The translations under genes were made by a program, and so were the position numbers. From Candidatus Krumholzibacteriia bacterium (GTDB taxonomy: Bacteria; Krumholzibacteriota; Krumholzibacteriia; LZORAL124-64-63): a stretch of 64,000 nt of DNA. The notes beneath the pieces were generated by a model. The model ran no database searches, was not told the DNA's origin, and saw nothing but the letters and a program-made list of their open reading frames with translations. Of the stretch, positions 49,817 to 58,246 are shown one piece after another. The stretch is taken from contig JBFXKG010000006.1 in NCBI GenBank assembly GCA_050174015.1, positions 1 to 64,000 of the forward strand, in the 5' to 3' direction. Position 1 is the stretch's first letter; each line of letters starts with the position of its first letter.

Positions 49817-50374
49817 TCAGAAGACCTTGGCTCCGTCCGCGAGGATCTCGTTCAGGGCGGCCCGGAAGTGGTCGGAGTTGTTGGCGACCTCGGGGGTGAC
49901 CTTCTCCTTGTAGAGCTCCCAGCTCTTCTTGATCTCGGCCCCGAGCGCCTCGACCAGATTGCCTTCACGGAGGGCCTTGTCGCGGGTCTCGCGATTGTAA
50001 GCCAGGATGTCGGAGACCAGGGCCCGGGCGTACATCTCCTCCTTGCTCCGGCGGCGTCGCACGCCCCGTCCCCCCGGTTCCGCATCCGGAGTCTCCTGCC
50101 GGTCCAGGACGGCGACGCCGGCGGGTGCAGGCGCGGCCGCAGCCGGCTCGGTGCGGGCGGCGGGCGCCCTGGCCGGCTCGGCAGCCGGGACGGCATCTGC
50201 CATCTGGGCGAAGCCGCCGTGTTCGATCTCCAGCGGGACCTCGGCCGGGCGCGCGGTTCCGTCCAGGGTGAAGACCCCCCGGCAGCCCGGACACCGCACC
50301 TTGATGACCCGGTGGGGAACCTTGTCTGCATCCAACTGGTAACGCGCCTGGCACTCGGTGCAGGTGGTGATCAT
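49817..50374 (-). CDS. Zinc-ribbon (MJ0042-type) protein with Pro/Ala linker and helical C-terminal domain
   Basis: CTEC...KVRCPGC; C-terminal ARALVSDILAYN...EIKKSWELY...ALNEILADG. Confidence 0.82.
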   Translation of the reverse strand: MITTCTECQARYQLDADKVPHRVIKVRCPGCRGVFTLDGTARPAEVPLEIEHGGFAQMADAVPAAEPARAPAARTEPAAAAPAPAGVAVLDRQETPDAEPGGRGVRRRRSKEEMYARALVSDILAYNRETRDKALREGNLVEALGAEIKKSWELYKEKVTPEVANNSDHFRAALNEILADGAKVF

Positions 50375-50499
50375 CCCCGCTCCTCCTCAGCGTCCTGGGT
50401 CGAAAGAATTTCCGTCAACCCAGTGATCGACAGGATCCGGGAACAATTTAGCTTTGTTTGCAGGGCCGGGAAATGCGTCCCGGACGTCCGGCCCGACCG

Positions 50500-51459
50500 T
50501 CATGGCGACAGGATGAGATCCAGGACCAGGCTGCCGACCTGAGCCAGGCTCCCGGCGGAGCACTTGTCGGGCGTATCCTCGAGAGTGTGCCAGAACCGGT
50601 AGTCGAATTCGATGAGATCCAGGGCAGGAATGCCCCTGCGCAGGAAGGGCACGTGGTCGTCGAACACCGGCGGCCCGGGGAACGGCTGGAAGGCGTCCAG
50701 GCCCAGGGCCTGGGCCCGTTCGAAGACCGTCCGCGTCCACTCCGGCGCATACTGCAGGGAATAGGCTTCCTGGGGAATGAGCAGGTCGCGATCCCCCACC
50801 ATGTCCAGCAGGATCAACCCGCGCGGGGCGGCCTGAGGCAAGGGGCTGCCGAACTCGCCCCAGGATTCGGCCATCCGGGCGCTGCCCAGGCAGAATCCCC
50901 GGGGGTCGCCGCCCAGACCGGCGTCCTCCCCGTCGAAGAACAGCAGCTCGACGCCGGCGGGAGGAACCCTGCCGGCGAGGACTTCCATCAGGTGCAACAG
51001 CACGGCCACGCCGCTGGCCCCGTCGTTGGCGCCGACCAGGGGCTCCAGACGGGCGGTGGGATCGGGATCGCGGTCGCAGTGGGGTCTGGTGTCGAGATGG
51101 GCGCCCAGCCACAGCCCCGGGCCCTCGCCTCCTCCGGGGATGGACACCACGACGTTGCAGATCCCCACCTCCTCGCCGGTGAGGGGCAGGACGGCGGAGA
51201 AGCACTGGTCCCTGCTCGGGAAACCGCAGCGACCGGCTGTATCGTGGATCAGGCGACGCAAGGCGGCGTTGCCGGGGCTTCCGGGAATCCGGGGACCCAG
51301 GTCGCACTGGGCGATCACCAGCTCCAGGGCCCTCTCGCCGGAGAATACGGTTTCCGCCGATCCGGCCCCGGAGGCGGGACCCGGCCACACGAGGATCGCC
51401 CAGACCAGGGCGACGGCAGCCGGACGGAGCAGGCGGAAGATCCCAGTTGGATCCGGCAC
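50500..51459 (-). CDS. M28-family Zn enzyme, glutaminyl cyclase-like
   Basis: GAHLDTRP, GANDGASGV, FFDGED, LLDMVGD, DDHVPF, WHTLED; signal peptide. GTG start separated by 1 nt from the sprA stop. Confidence 0.85.
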   Translation of the reverse strand: MPDPTGIFRLLRPAAVALVWAILVWPGPASGAGSAETVFSGERALELVIAQCDLGPRIPGSPGNAALRRLIHDTAGRCGFPSRDQCFSAVLPLTGEEVGICNVVVSIPGGGEGPGLWLGAHLDTRPHCDRDPDPTARLEPLVGANDGASGVAVLLHLMEVLAGRVPPAGVELLFFDGEDAGLGGDPRGFCLGSARMAESWGEFGSPLPQAAPRGLILLDMVGDRDLLIPQEAYSLQYAPEWTRTVFERAQALGLDAFQPFPGPPVFDDHVPFLRRGIPALDLIEFDYRFWHTLEDTPDKCSAGSLAQVGSLVLDLILSP

Positions 51460-51460
51460 T

Positions 51461-54400
51461 CTAGAAGACAAAGGTCGCCTCCACTCCCAGTCCGAGCGAG
51501 GTGGTCGACTGGTCCGTCGCCACGTTCTTGGTGTGACTGTAGATGAAACGCACCGCTCCGTTCAGGTTCCGGGTGACCTGGTAGCTGAAGCGTGGATTGA
51601 CGCTGTACCTGGTCTGACCCGTCGGTGCGGCCGGCCTGCCCCCGGGGTTGAGACGTTCGGTCCGGTCGCGCTGGTACGAGATGTCCACGTCCATGTTGAC
51701 GGTGGGATTGTTGCCCGGGCGGTAGAGGCCCAGCTTGGCGAGCAGGCCCTGGGCCCGGAACTGGTGCCGCAACTGGAGTCCGAACCGCATCTTGTTGGAG
51801 GTGGTCAGAACGCCGTTGGACAGGCTTTCGTCCTTGTTCAGGGTGCTGTTCAGCGTCGCGGTCAGGCCGCTGTGGAAGTTGAAGGTCCAGCGGGGGCCGA
51901 CGGAGGTCGAAACGCTCGGGTTGTAGGAGACGTCGGTGTAGTTGTTGACGGTCTTGGTGCGCTTGTAGCTGAGGTTGAGGTTCGAGGAACGGAACCAGCC
52001 GCTGTTCGGGTCGTCCTGCTCGCTCCCGAACACGCCCCACTTCTCGATGCCGTTGAGGGTGAACTGGACGTCGGGCCAGTCGGTCTTCATGCTCCTGCTC
52101 CGGGTGCCGACCTGGTCCCGCAGGGAGTTGGTTTCCCCGTACTTCACGTCGAAGCCGACGTTGCGGTTGATCTTGGTGGTGGTCGAGAGGTTCAGGCTCC
52201 GGCTCTCCTGGGAGGCCCGGGCTGCGTACATGGTGTCGGGCAAGTCCAGGGAATTCTCCAGGCCGGCCATGTACCAGAAGGGCGCCGTTTCCTCCAGACG
52301 CGTGTAGCTGCTGCTCTTCTTGTCGGACAGCGTCACCTTCACCGGCGTGGATTCCCGCAGGACGTTCAGGATGGGGTTCAGGAGGGCCAGGGGGTCGAGG
52401 CGGCCGCCCTCCCCTTCGACCGGCGCGGCGGGTTCGGGAGTCGCGCCCAGTCCCTGGGCCTGCTCCTCCTCCAGCCGCTCCTGGGCCTCCTCCAGGAGCC
52501 GCTCCTCCTCCAGCCGCCGGCGTTCCTCGGGGGTCAATCCGCCGAGGTCTCCGCCGCCTGGTCCCCCCACCGAGGTGCTGTCGGTCGGGGCGCCTCCCCG
52601 TTCCCGGCCCGAGCCCCGCAGGGATTGCTGCTCGCGGCGGCGCTGCTCCTCGATCATGCGGCTGCGCTCGGCGGCGGTGATCTTCTTCTCCGGAAAGACC
52701 GACTTCACGGCCTCTCCGAAGGGCAGGTCGAACCTCAGGTCCCAGTTCCCGTTGTTGCTGACGCTGCGGACGTCGTCCGAGTCGCCCGCCTGCCGGATGG
52801 CCGGATCGTGCTGGTCGGCGGAGTTGCCCGTGAACTGGATGCTCGGCCGCAGCTTCGTCACCTGCCGGGCGGCGGCGCGCAGCGGGGCGAACACCGCCCC
52901 GTCCGGCAGATCCTTGGCCTGGGGCGGCACGATCGTCATGCGCAGGTCGTAGCTCCGCTTGTTCTCCTCGCCGATGTTGATCCCGAACGCCTGCCTCTCA
53001 CGCAGCAGGTCGCGGTCCGACTTCACCGTCACGCTCATGTCCAGCAGGTTCATCGGCTGGTAGTCGATGCTACCCGAAAGAACTCCCGGCCGGGTCAGGA
53101 CCTCCGGACGGGGCAACACGTTGCCCCGGTCGTCGATGGTCGCCGAACTCTGCCAGCTGCTCGTGAAACTGGCGCCCATCGCGATCTTCTTCGGCACCAG
53201 GGACAGGCCCCTCAGCAAGGGGATGCTCTCCAGCACCGGATAGGAGGCCAGGGTGTATTTCCCCGTGATCCGCAGGTCATAGTTGAGGGATCCCTGCAGG
53301 CTCTTCTGCCGGCGCCTCTCCAGGGGACCGTCCAGCCGGGACCGCGAACCGTTCAGCAGGAAGGTCCAGGGATCGACCAGGTAGCGGGGAAGGGAGCCCT
53401 GGCTGGGGGAATGGCTGACCCGGGAGCTGAAGCGCTCCTGGGTGTCGATGGTGGACATCACGTTGCGCATGTCCTCGTCGATGATCTCGATGTCGCTGTT
53501 GGTCACGTACTTCGGCCGCTGGAGGGTCTGCCGGCGGCTGAGGTTGACGGGCAGGCGGAAGCCCAGCATGGGCACGAAGTCGTCGGCGTTGAAGTTCGCG
53601 GCGACGTTCCAGTCCTCGTGGTCGATGCCGGACCCGGTGTTGCGGTCCAGGCCGTGGTACTCCGAATCGGTATGCTTCCAGTCGAGGTCGACCTTGATGA
53701 CGTCCGCCATGTTCACGCGCACGCCGGCCCGCTGGGCCATGCCGATGTCCTTCTTCACGTCCTCGAGGATGACGTCGTTGAAGTAGATGAACCCCGTCAC
53801 CGGTTCGCTCAGGCGCTCGTTGCGGATGCCGAAGTAGTAACGCTTGACCCGGCGCAGGTCCGGGCGGCCGACCACCCGCGCCTGGTAGACGTCCCCCGTC
53901 CGCTTGTCCACGACCGTCCCGTGCGCCACCCCCGCTTCGTCCAGTTCACCCTGCTTCACGTTGGACAGCTCGGCCAGGCCGATGGTCAGGCCGTGCCAGC
54001 CGGTCTTGGCCTCGGAATCGGCGAACCGGTAGGTCACCTCGTAGAAGTTGAGGGAATCGGATCCGACGCGGAAGAACAGGTCCAGGTCCGCGTTCCGCTG
54101 GTCCTGATTGAAGAGGTACCAGGACAGATCCCGGTATGGGGTGTAGTCGTCCCCGCGCGGGGAGACCTGCTTGCCGATCCGGATCATGTGCCCCTGCTGC
54201 AGATCCTTGAAGTCCAGGACCAGGGACTGCTCCTTCTCGGGAATGTTGTTCAGTTCGGGCACCGGGAAGGGCGGGTTGTAGTCGGGGTTCTCCTTGTTGT
54301 TGACCTCCCCCAGGAAGAACTCCGCGCCGCGCCTCTCCACGTCGCCCAGCAGGGCCTCGTCGCTGGATCGCCGCACGCCCTCCCGTTCCCAGCGGCTGCC

Positions 54401-57400
54401 CAGGAACTTCAGCTCCGACAGCTGCAGGTGGACGGTATTGTCAGAAGCCCGCGTTTCGGGATTTTCATACCAAATTCTCACATGAGTGATGGCCTTGATA
54501 TTGGGTGCAGTATTTTCGGAAATTTCTTCAACGTCACTAATTCGAATCCTATATTTCCGCCAGGCAATCCGGTTCGATTTCAATTCTGCGATCGAAGATG
54601 CGACCTGAGGATCGGCTGAATCGGCAAAATCATTGATCACATCGACCAATGGTTGGGTTTTCTGCAAATCAATGATGGCCGAAAAGTACCCGTTATCCCT
54701 GTCAAGTCGAGTATTCCCATTCAGGTCCTCAGAATCCTCCCGGTTGTTCCTCGCCGTTCCATTGATATTGGGAAATGGAGAATCCCCATCAATTTCATAC
54801 TCCACCCCATATCTTTGAGCACCATTCTCATTCCCATCCAGGCCAACATCTTCATCATAAGTCCAAACCCCATCCCGACTATTTCCGGCGATACCGTCTT
54901 CTTGTTCAAATTGGCCGACAATCAATTTCCCATCTCCACCAAGGGGCCAAAAACCATCCTCACTTATGTAGCCGAAGTCAATATGAACTCTACCGGACCT
55001 ATTCTCCATTTCGGGATTACCATCATTGATCCAAATTTCGATAAACTGAGATTTGGAAAGGTCCAAACCAGTGCGACTGATGCCGCGCATAATTCCTCCC
55101 CAACTCTCGCGGCGCCAGCCTCCCGGATGGGTCCGTAGATACAAATCCATTGCCTGCTGAGTTTCGTCACGCTCCTGGCCTTCCAGCTTTGGATTCAAAT
55201 ACCACCGCAACACCCTATCCTTGGAAAGAAACCACCGGTTGACGGGGACTCGGTCTTCAGGGTCAAAAGTCCGGAAATCCCCGGTCTGAGATTGGAACAA
55301 ATCACCGAGTAACGGGGAACTGGCCCAGGACCAGCCCGTCCGGTTCAGGCTGACGAAGTTGGAGGAGTCGACGCCCTCGAAGTCCTCGAGAAACACCCGG
55401 CCCTTGGTGTTGGGATTGGGGACGCTGACCGCCAGCTCGCCGCTGAACTGGACGCTGCTCTCCCGGTCGGAGTCCTTGAGGCTGAGGAAGTTGGCCGCGT
55501 GGGTGAGGAAGTAGGGTTTGAATGTGTTGCTGAAGTTGACGTTGCCGACGAGGTTCTTGCTCGGTTCCTCCCCCAGCTTGGCCTTCTCCCCCACGATCGC
55601 CTCCGCCTGGTAGAGCCAGGTCGTCGAGAGCTTGCTCTCCCGGCCCAGGTCGTAGCCCAGGTTCAGCCCCATGAGGCTGGTCTTGCCTCCCCCGATGAAG
55701 GGGGCGTACTGGTAGTTGACCGAGATCTGGCTGTCGGGCGTCAGGTTGGCGTTTTCCCCCATGAGGGTGATCTCGCCGAAGGTGTAGTCGATCTCGTAGT
55801 CCGTGCCGCGGGTCAGGGTCCGGCCGTCCAGGGTGACGGATTCCGAGCCCTCCTCGATGTTCGAGACGCCCAGGCTGATGTTGTTGCTGGCCGAGGCGTG
55901 GGTGGCCACGAGGCGGAAGAACTGGTACTGGTTGTACTCGGTCGGCAGAACGCCCGGATCGTAGAGCCGCGGGGCCTGGTTGTCATACAGGAAGGTGTTG
56001 GGCTCGAAGGCGAAGGACGGGGTATCGGCGTAGGCTGCGTACAGGTCCCCGGAGGCTGCGAAGGGGGTGGGGAAATCCAGGGGGAACTTCAACAGGCCCT
56101 TGTTCAGGTCGAAGAGGTACTCGTTGTGGAAGTCGACCACCCCGTCAGGGCCGCCCGTGCGCTGGGCGTTCTCCCGGTCCAGGCCGAAGATGCGGATGTA
56201 ATCGAGACCCGCCTCGTCGAGCTGGGGCTGGGCCTCGGTCGTGGTGTTCCGCTCGATCCGCAGGCTGAAGGTCTGGGGATCGATGTTGGCTCCGCCCAGG
56301 GAGTAGATGTTCCGCAGGACGTAGTTGAAGATGTGCGGATGGTTGTCGTTCACCGGGGCCTTGAGCAGTTTCAGGCGGTAGAAGAGCCCGGTGGCGTCGG
56401 GCAGGGTCTGGGTGGGCGCCGCGCCGGGGCGGTCGCCGACCGTGGCGACGATGGCCCCGGCCTGGTCGATGATGTTGTAGGTCACCGCCAGGACGTCGTC
56501 GTCCTGCATGCGGGTGCGCATGTCGATGGCCACCAGTCCGCCGTCCGCATCCAGCAGGGGATCGTAGCTGGTGATCTCCCGCCAGCGCTGGCCGTAGATG
56601 TGCGGGTCCTCGAAATCCATGCTGGTGGGATTCCAGAACTGGTAGCCCAGGGAGTCGACGTAGGCCGCCACGTTCTCGATGTCGTCCCCGGTCAGCGGCC
56701 CCGGGCCCATCATCAGGTAGATCTTCAGGGAGCTGAGGTCGATCTGCAGGCCCTGCACCCGCCCGCCTGGCTCGACTTCGGGGCGGTCGAGCCGGAAGAA
56801 CCGGTTGTTGAGATAGTCGGAGGAGTAGATGATCCGGTCCTCGACGGTGCCCCCCTTGGCGTTGAAGGACTTGGAGGACGACTCGGCCTTCTGCTTGGAT
56901 GCCACCGCGGTGAAGTCGGCCCGCCCGACCTGGCCGGTCACCTTGATGCCGAACAGGCCGGACTTGTTGGAACTGTAGCCCAGCAGCTGGCTGCCCGGCA
57001 GCGTCAGCCCCACGTCGCCGCTCTCGATGGTCTGGATGATCTCGTCCTCCAGCCCCTGGTACATCAGCTTGATCTTGGTGGCCTCGGGCCCGATGGCCGC
57101 GCTGTTGTGGTCCACCTCGATGATGATCTTCTCGCCGATGGTGCCCGAAAGGTTGACCTGCAGCTCCTGCTCCATGTCCAGGGACGGGAACAGGGACTGG
57201 TTCTGGACCCGCTCGCTGCCCACGAACGGCTTGACCACCGTGCTCTCGCCGCTGAGGGAGATGTGCTCGCGGCCGCTGATCTTGATCCTGGTCTTCTCGC
57301 CCCGGCCGATGATCCTTTCCAGGGTCCGGGGCAGCTTGATGGGGATGGTCAGGTTGATGCCGTCGGACTGCTGGGTGCGGCCCTTGCCCACGACGCTGAG

Positions 57401-57931
57401 GGACTCGACCCACCCCCGGACCTGGTCGACCCCGTGGCGCCGGGCCATCCCGGCTGCGATGTCGTCGACGAAAACCTCGACCAGGGGGTCGCCCAGGGGA
57501 CGGGGGGGGTAGTACTGGAACCCCCCGGGCAGGGTCTCGGGGGCGGGGAACAGGAAGAAGAACTTGGGATGCCTGATCTCGATCAGCAGACCCGCGGGAC
57601 CGTGGTACTCGACCAGGTGTTCCATCCGCACGAGATCGACCCTGGATTTCTCGAGCCAGATGGACCTCAGGGAACTTTCGAGACCGGGCCTCGTTATCCC
57701 CGTCCGCCGGGGTTCGATCCCCAGGCCCTTCATGCGCTCCAGCAGGACCAGGCGCTCGAGGCCCAGCAGGCGGGGATCGTCCGTGGCCCGGATCACCGGG
57801 TCGAGGCCGTAGAGAAGCGGGCCCTGGTAGACCGGGTCGGCGAGCCCGGTCCGGGCTGCAAGAACCAGCAGCAAAAGAAAGCCCAGGATCGGCGGACGGC
57901 GAACCCCCACGCGCCCGGCCTGGGCGCCCAT
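51461..57931 (-). CDS. sprA: SprA/Sov-like type IX secretion outer-membrane translocon
   Basis: About 2,150 aa with signal peptide; motifs EDEIIQTIESGDV, GLFGIK, LRNIYSLG, DYEIDY, SWGGIMR, IDFGYISED, EDLNGN, WRKYRI; beta-rich C-terminus ending in F. Start could be 57979. Confidence 0.85.
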   Translation of the reverse strand: MGAQAGRVGVRRPPILGFLLLLVLAARTGLADPVYQGPLLYGLDPVIRATDDPRLLGLERLVLLERMKGLGIEPRRTGITRPGLESSLRSIWLEKSRVDLVRMEHLVEYHGPAGLLIEIRHPKFFFLFPAPETLPGGFQYYPPRPLGDPLVEVFVDDIAAGMARRHGVDQVRGWVESLSVVGKGRTQQSDGINLTIPIKLPRTLERIIGRGEKTRIKISGREHISLSGESTVVKPFVGSERVQNQSLFPSLDMEQELQVNLSGTIGEKIIIEVDHNSAAIGPEATKIKLMYQGLEDEIIQTIESGDVGLTLPGSQLLGYSSNKSGLFGIKVTGQVGRADFTAVASKQKAESSSKSFNAKGGTVEDRIIYSSDYLNNRFFRLDRPEVEPGGRVQGLQIDLSSLKIYLMMGPGPLTGDDIENVAAYVDSLGYQFWNPTSMDFEDPHIYGQRWREITSYDPLLDADGGLVAIDMRTRMQDDDVLAVTYNIIDQAGAIVATVGDRPGAAPTQTLPDATGLFYRLKLLKAPVNDNHPHIFNYVLRNIYSLGGANIDPQTFSLRIERNTTTEAQPQLDEAGLDYIRIFGLDRENAQRTGGPDGVVDFHNEYLFDLNKGLLKFPLDFPTPFAASGDLYAAYADTPSFAFEPNTFLYDNQAPRLYDPGVLPTEYNQYQFFRLVATHASASNNISLGVSNIEEGSESVTLDGRTLTRGTDYEIDYTFGEITLMGENANLTPDSQISVNYQYAPFIGGGKTSLMGLNLGYDLGRESKLSTTWLYQAEAIVGEKAKLGEEPSKNLVGNVNFSNTFKPYFLTHAANFLSLKDSDRESSVQFSGELAVSVPNPNTKGRVFLEDFEGVDSSNFVSLNRTGWSWASSPLLGDLFQSQTGDFRTFDPEDRVPVNRWFLSKDRVLRWYLNPKLEGQERDETQQAMDLYLRTHPGGWRRESWGGIMRGISRTGLDLSKSQFIEIWINDGNPEMENRSGRVHIDFGYISEDGFWPLGGDGKLIVGQFEQEDGIAGNSRDGVWTYDEDVGLDGNENGAQRYGVEYEIDGDSPFPNINGTARNNREDSEDLNGNTRLDRDNGYFSAIIDLQKTQPLVDVINDFADSADPQVASSIAELKSNRIAWRKYRIRISDVEEISENTAPNIKAITHVRIWYENPETRASDNTVHLQLSELKFLGSRWEREGVRRSSDEALLGDVERRGAEFFLGEVNNKENPDYNPPFPVPELNNIPEKEQSLVLDFKDLQQGHMIRIGKQVSPRGDDYTPYRDLSWYLFNQDQRNADLDLFFRVGSDSLNFYEVTYRFADSEAKTGWHGLTIGLAELSNVKQGELDEAGVAHGTVVDKRTGDVYQARVVGRPDLRRVKRYYFGIRNERLSEPVTGFIYFNDVILEDVKKDIGMAQRAGVRVNMADVIKVDLDWKHTDSEYHGLDRNTGSGIDHEDWNVAANFNADDFVPMLGFRLPVNLSRRQTLQRPKYVTNSDIEIIDEDMRNVMSTIDTQERFSSRVSHSPSQGSLPRYLVDPWTFLLNGSRSRLDGPLERRRQKSLQGSLNYDLRITGKYTLASYPVLESIPLLRGLSLVPKKIAMGASFTSSWQSSATIDDRGNVLPRPEVLTRPGVLSGSIDYQPMNLLDMSVTVKSDRDLLRERQAFGINIGEENKRSYDLRMTIVPPQAKDLPDGAVFAPLRAAARQVTKLRPSIQFTGNSADQHDPAIRQAGDSDDVRSVSNNGNWDLRFDLPFGEAVKSVFPEKKITAAERSRMIEEQRRREQQSLRGSGRERGGAPTDSTSVGGPGGGDLGGLTPEERRRLEEERLLEEAQERLEEEQAQGLGATPEPAAPVEGEGGRLDPLALLNPILNVLRESTPVKVTLSDKKSSSYTRLEETAPFWYMAGLENSLDLPDTMYAARASQESRSLNLSTTTKINRNVGFDVKYGETNSLRDQVGTRSRSMKTDWPDVQFTLNGIEKWGVFGSEQDDPNSGWFRSSNLNLSYKRTKTVNNYTDVSYNPSVSTSVGPRWTFNFHSGLTATLNSTLNKDESLSNGVLTTSNKMRFGLQLRHQFRAQGLLAKLGLYRPGNNPTVNMDVDISYQRDRTERLNPGGRPAAPTGQTRYSVNPRFSYQVTRNLNGAVRFIYSHTKNVATDQSTTSLGLGVEATFVF

Positions 57932-58246
57932 GACGGGGCGCACGGCGCGGTTCCTCTCGCTGGCGGATGCCTGGACCAAGCTTGCTTCCCCTCGCGGCTG
58001 GGTACCGGGAGAATCTGATGTGCGGATGGAGCTTGAATTCGTCCCCGAAAATGGTCATCCTGACCCCAGGACCGGCCAGATTCACTCCCGCCCTTCCGGA
58101 ACCCCGGCAGGGTGGGACCCACCCCGCCGTGGACCCGGGGTCCAGTCCCTGACGTTCAGCGCCCAGGTTTTCGGGAAGAGCCCGGAATCAAAGATGAACC
58201 CGCGGTCCGGGAGACACCGAAGAACGCAACTGGCCGAAAGGGCTGT

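Noticed and set aside
46500..49913. 1137-aa plus-strand ORF (likewise 51026-54619, 55499-58018, 30329-32878, 6221-8644, 15721-17958)
   Set aside because: Antisense shadows of well-supported genes; long open frames are expected at this GC content and show no recognisable motifs.
55085..55108. GCGCATAAT resembling the XerC arm of dif inside the AT-rich patch
   Set aside because: No XerD arm follows; the match is explained by the codons for GIMR on the minus strand.
54437..55320. Intein, intron or IS insertion as the cause of the low-GC patch
   Set aside because: No intein splice termini, endonuclease or transposase motifs or terminal repeats, and the segment encodes SprA core motifs.
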